Source: Eremomyces bilateralis CBS 781.70
Lineage: Eukaryota
Strand: one strand, 5' to 3'
Assembly: GCA_010015585.1 (NCBI GenBank)
Contig: ML975150.1
Length of the DNA stretch: 64,000 nucleotides
Shown: positions 62,635 through 64,000 of the stretch, in pieces
How positions within the stretch are numbered: the stretch's first letter is position 1
Layout: every line of letters begins with the position of its first letter
Position numbers and translations under genes: made by a program
Notes under the pieces: model-generated
Database searches by the model: none
Told to the model about the DNA's origin: nothing
The model's input: the letters and a program-made list of their open reading frames with translations, nothing else

Positions 62635-64000
62635 TCACACCATCAGTCTGAACTCGGTGACATTTTGCTTCCAGATCGGTGGCACCTGTGGCAGGAACAC
62701 CCAGCCTAGCACTCCCCCAACGCAACTGAGATCCCAACACCCGCCTGTTTCCTGCTCAATTGGAATCCACTCCCGAACGAACCCGGCCGGCAACAATTCC
62801 GGCGCCCGGTTGATCAGTTCCCACGTCTTGGCCTCGTCGAGATTCTGCAACAAGACCTTAATGTTTACCGAGATGAGGAATATCAAGATCATCCACAACC
62901 ATGGGGTACCAAAGCACCATGGCATCTTGGTCAAAGGATCAACGGAATCGGACCGTCGTACCAACGCTCGATTTTTGGACCGCTTACGACTGACGTCCCT
63001 TTTCGGAGGTGGCTGAGTGGATGTCGACGCATTGGCCGTGGCACAACGGAGACGATCAGGCGAATTGGGCGGAATCGTGAGATTATCCTGGGGTGTTGGA
63101 GGAAATAGTAAATCATTGTGGGACTGGAGCAAGCCATCGTCCGAGTCCGAGTCCTGACTGGACACGTTTCGTCTATTAGGTTGTTTCATCCTCTTCAACC
63201 TTCGAGCCTTCTCGCGCGCGCGTTGGAGTTTTCGCCCTGAACTCCATTCCATTTCCTCGTAGTTCCACGCCTCTTTCCTCGCCACCTGTTCCCTCGCCTC
63301 CGGGTCGCAGCTCTCGGGCCTTAGAATACTAAACGTTTGCCGCGTATCCTTAACCCTCACCTCCTCTTTCTCCTTATCTAGCGTGGCATTCTTATTGAGC
63401 CGATAATATCGGTTGGGCGACCACCCTGACCCTAAAAGCGAGGGAGTATTGATGAATTGCCTGGAGGTCTCTCCGCTCGTGGGGGGATGGGGTTCTTTTC
63501 CGCTCGCCGAGAGAGGTGGAGGTAGTGGGGCTGGCTCTTCACCCTCGGCCTCCTCATCTAGCCTAGTGACATTCCTGAGCGGAGAACGTCCGTGGGGCGT
63601 CCACTTGGGCTCTTTATACGAGCTACGGGCGGTGGGCTTCTCGAAAACCACTCTGCCGGTGGGGGGAGGGGGCGGGACTGGCACTTCAGCCGCTACCACC
63701 TCCGCTGGCATGGTGATGTTCCCGAGCGGGGAAGGTGCGTGGAGCGGCCGCTCGGGCTCTGGACGCGAGGGAGTGAAGTGGAATTTCCTGGGGGTATTTC
63801 CGCTCGCGGGGGGAGGCGAGGGAGGAGGCAGGACTGGATCTTCAGCCTCTACCTTCCCATCTGGCTCGGTGGCATCCTTAGGCGGAGAAGATCTTCGGGG
63901 CGACCGCTCGAGTTCTAAACGCGAGACACGAATAGTGGATCGCTCGAGGCCGCTTCTACTTGTAGGGTTAGGGACAGAGCCTTCACCCTCCTCATCTGGC
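62635..64000 (-). CDS. 3' part of an uncharacterised low-complexity protein with a C-terminal transmembrane segment (5' end outside window)
   Basis: Frame stays open from the window edge to the stop at 62635; hydrophobic segment WLWMILIFLISV. Confidence 0.7.
   Translation of the reverse strand, partial: PDEEGEGSVPNPTSRSGLERSTIRVSRLELERSPRRSSPPKDATEPDGKVEAEDPVLPPPSPPPASGNTPRKFHFTPSRPEPERPLHAPSPLGNITMPAEVVAAEVPVPPPPPTGRVVFEKPTARSSYKEPKWTPHGRSPLRNVTRLDEEAEGEEPAPLPPPLSASGKEPHPPTSGETSRQFINTPSLLGSGWSPNRYYRLNKNATLDKEKEEVRVKDTRQTFSILRPESCDPEAREQVARKEAWNYEEMEWSSGRKLQRAREKARRLKRMKQPNRRNVSSQDSDSDDGLLQSHNDLLFPPTPQDNLTIPPNSPDRLRCATANASTSTQPPPKRDVSRKRSKNRALVRRSDSVDPLTKMPWCFGTPWLWMILIFLISVNIKVLLQNLDEAKTWELINRAPELLPAGFVREWIPIEQETGGCWDLSCVGGVLGWVFLPQVPPIWKQNVTEFRLMV

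Noticed and set aside
1..64000. Transposons, tRNA/rRNA genes, CRISPR arrays, telomeric repeats, large RIP-degraded AT-rich blocks
   Set aside because: None recognised by eye; short or degenerate elements and small ncRNAs could have been missed

Overview
Eukaryotic DNA from a filamentous ascomycete (Pezizomycotina), judged from short GT-AG introns with CTRAC/CTAAC-type branch points and typical fungal gene content. About 24 protein-coding loci were found; no rRNA, tRNA, CRISPR array or recognisable transposon. The first ~10 kb looks accessory: a disrupted protealysin-like M4 protease, an FSH1 hydrolase, a HeLo-like/SesA-type N-terminal domain protein with a tandem-repeat tail, and a secreted protein. 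At 14.3-18.7 kb is a three-gene UDP-L-rhamnose cluster (epimerase/reductase, a nucleotide-sugar transporter with a premature stop, and a 4,6-dehydratase); both enzymes end in NLS-like tails. The rest is mostly housekeeping: RQC2, LSM12-like, frequenin, MED4, myosin II, Red1-like, the divergent gaaA/gaaC galacturonate pair, DnaJ-TPR, yippee, Zn-ADH, a KH protein, LMBR1-like and glutaredoxin. All calls come from manual translation and recalled family motifs. No database searches were run, and exon boundaries are inferred.
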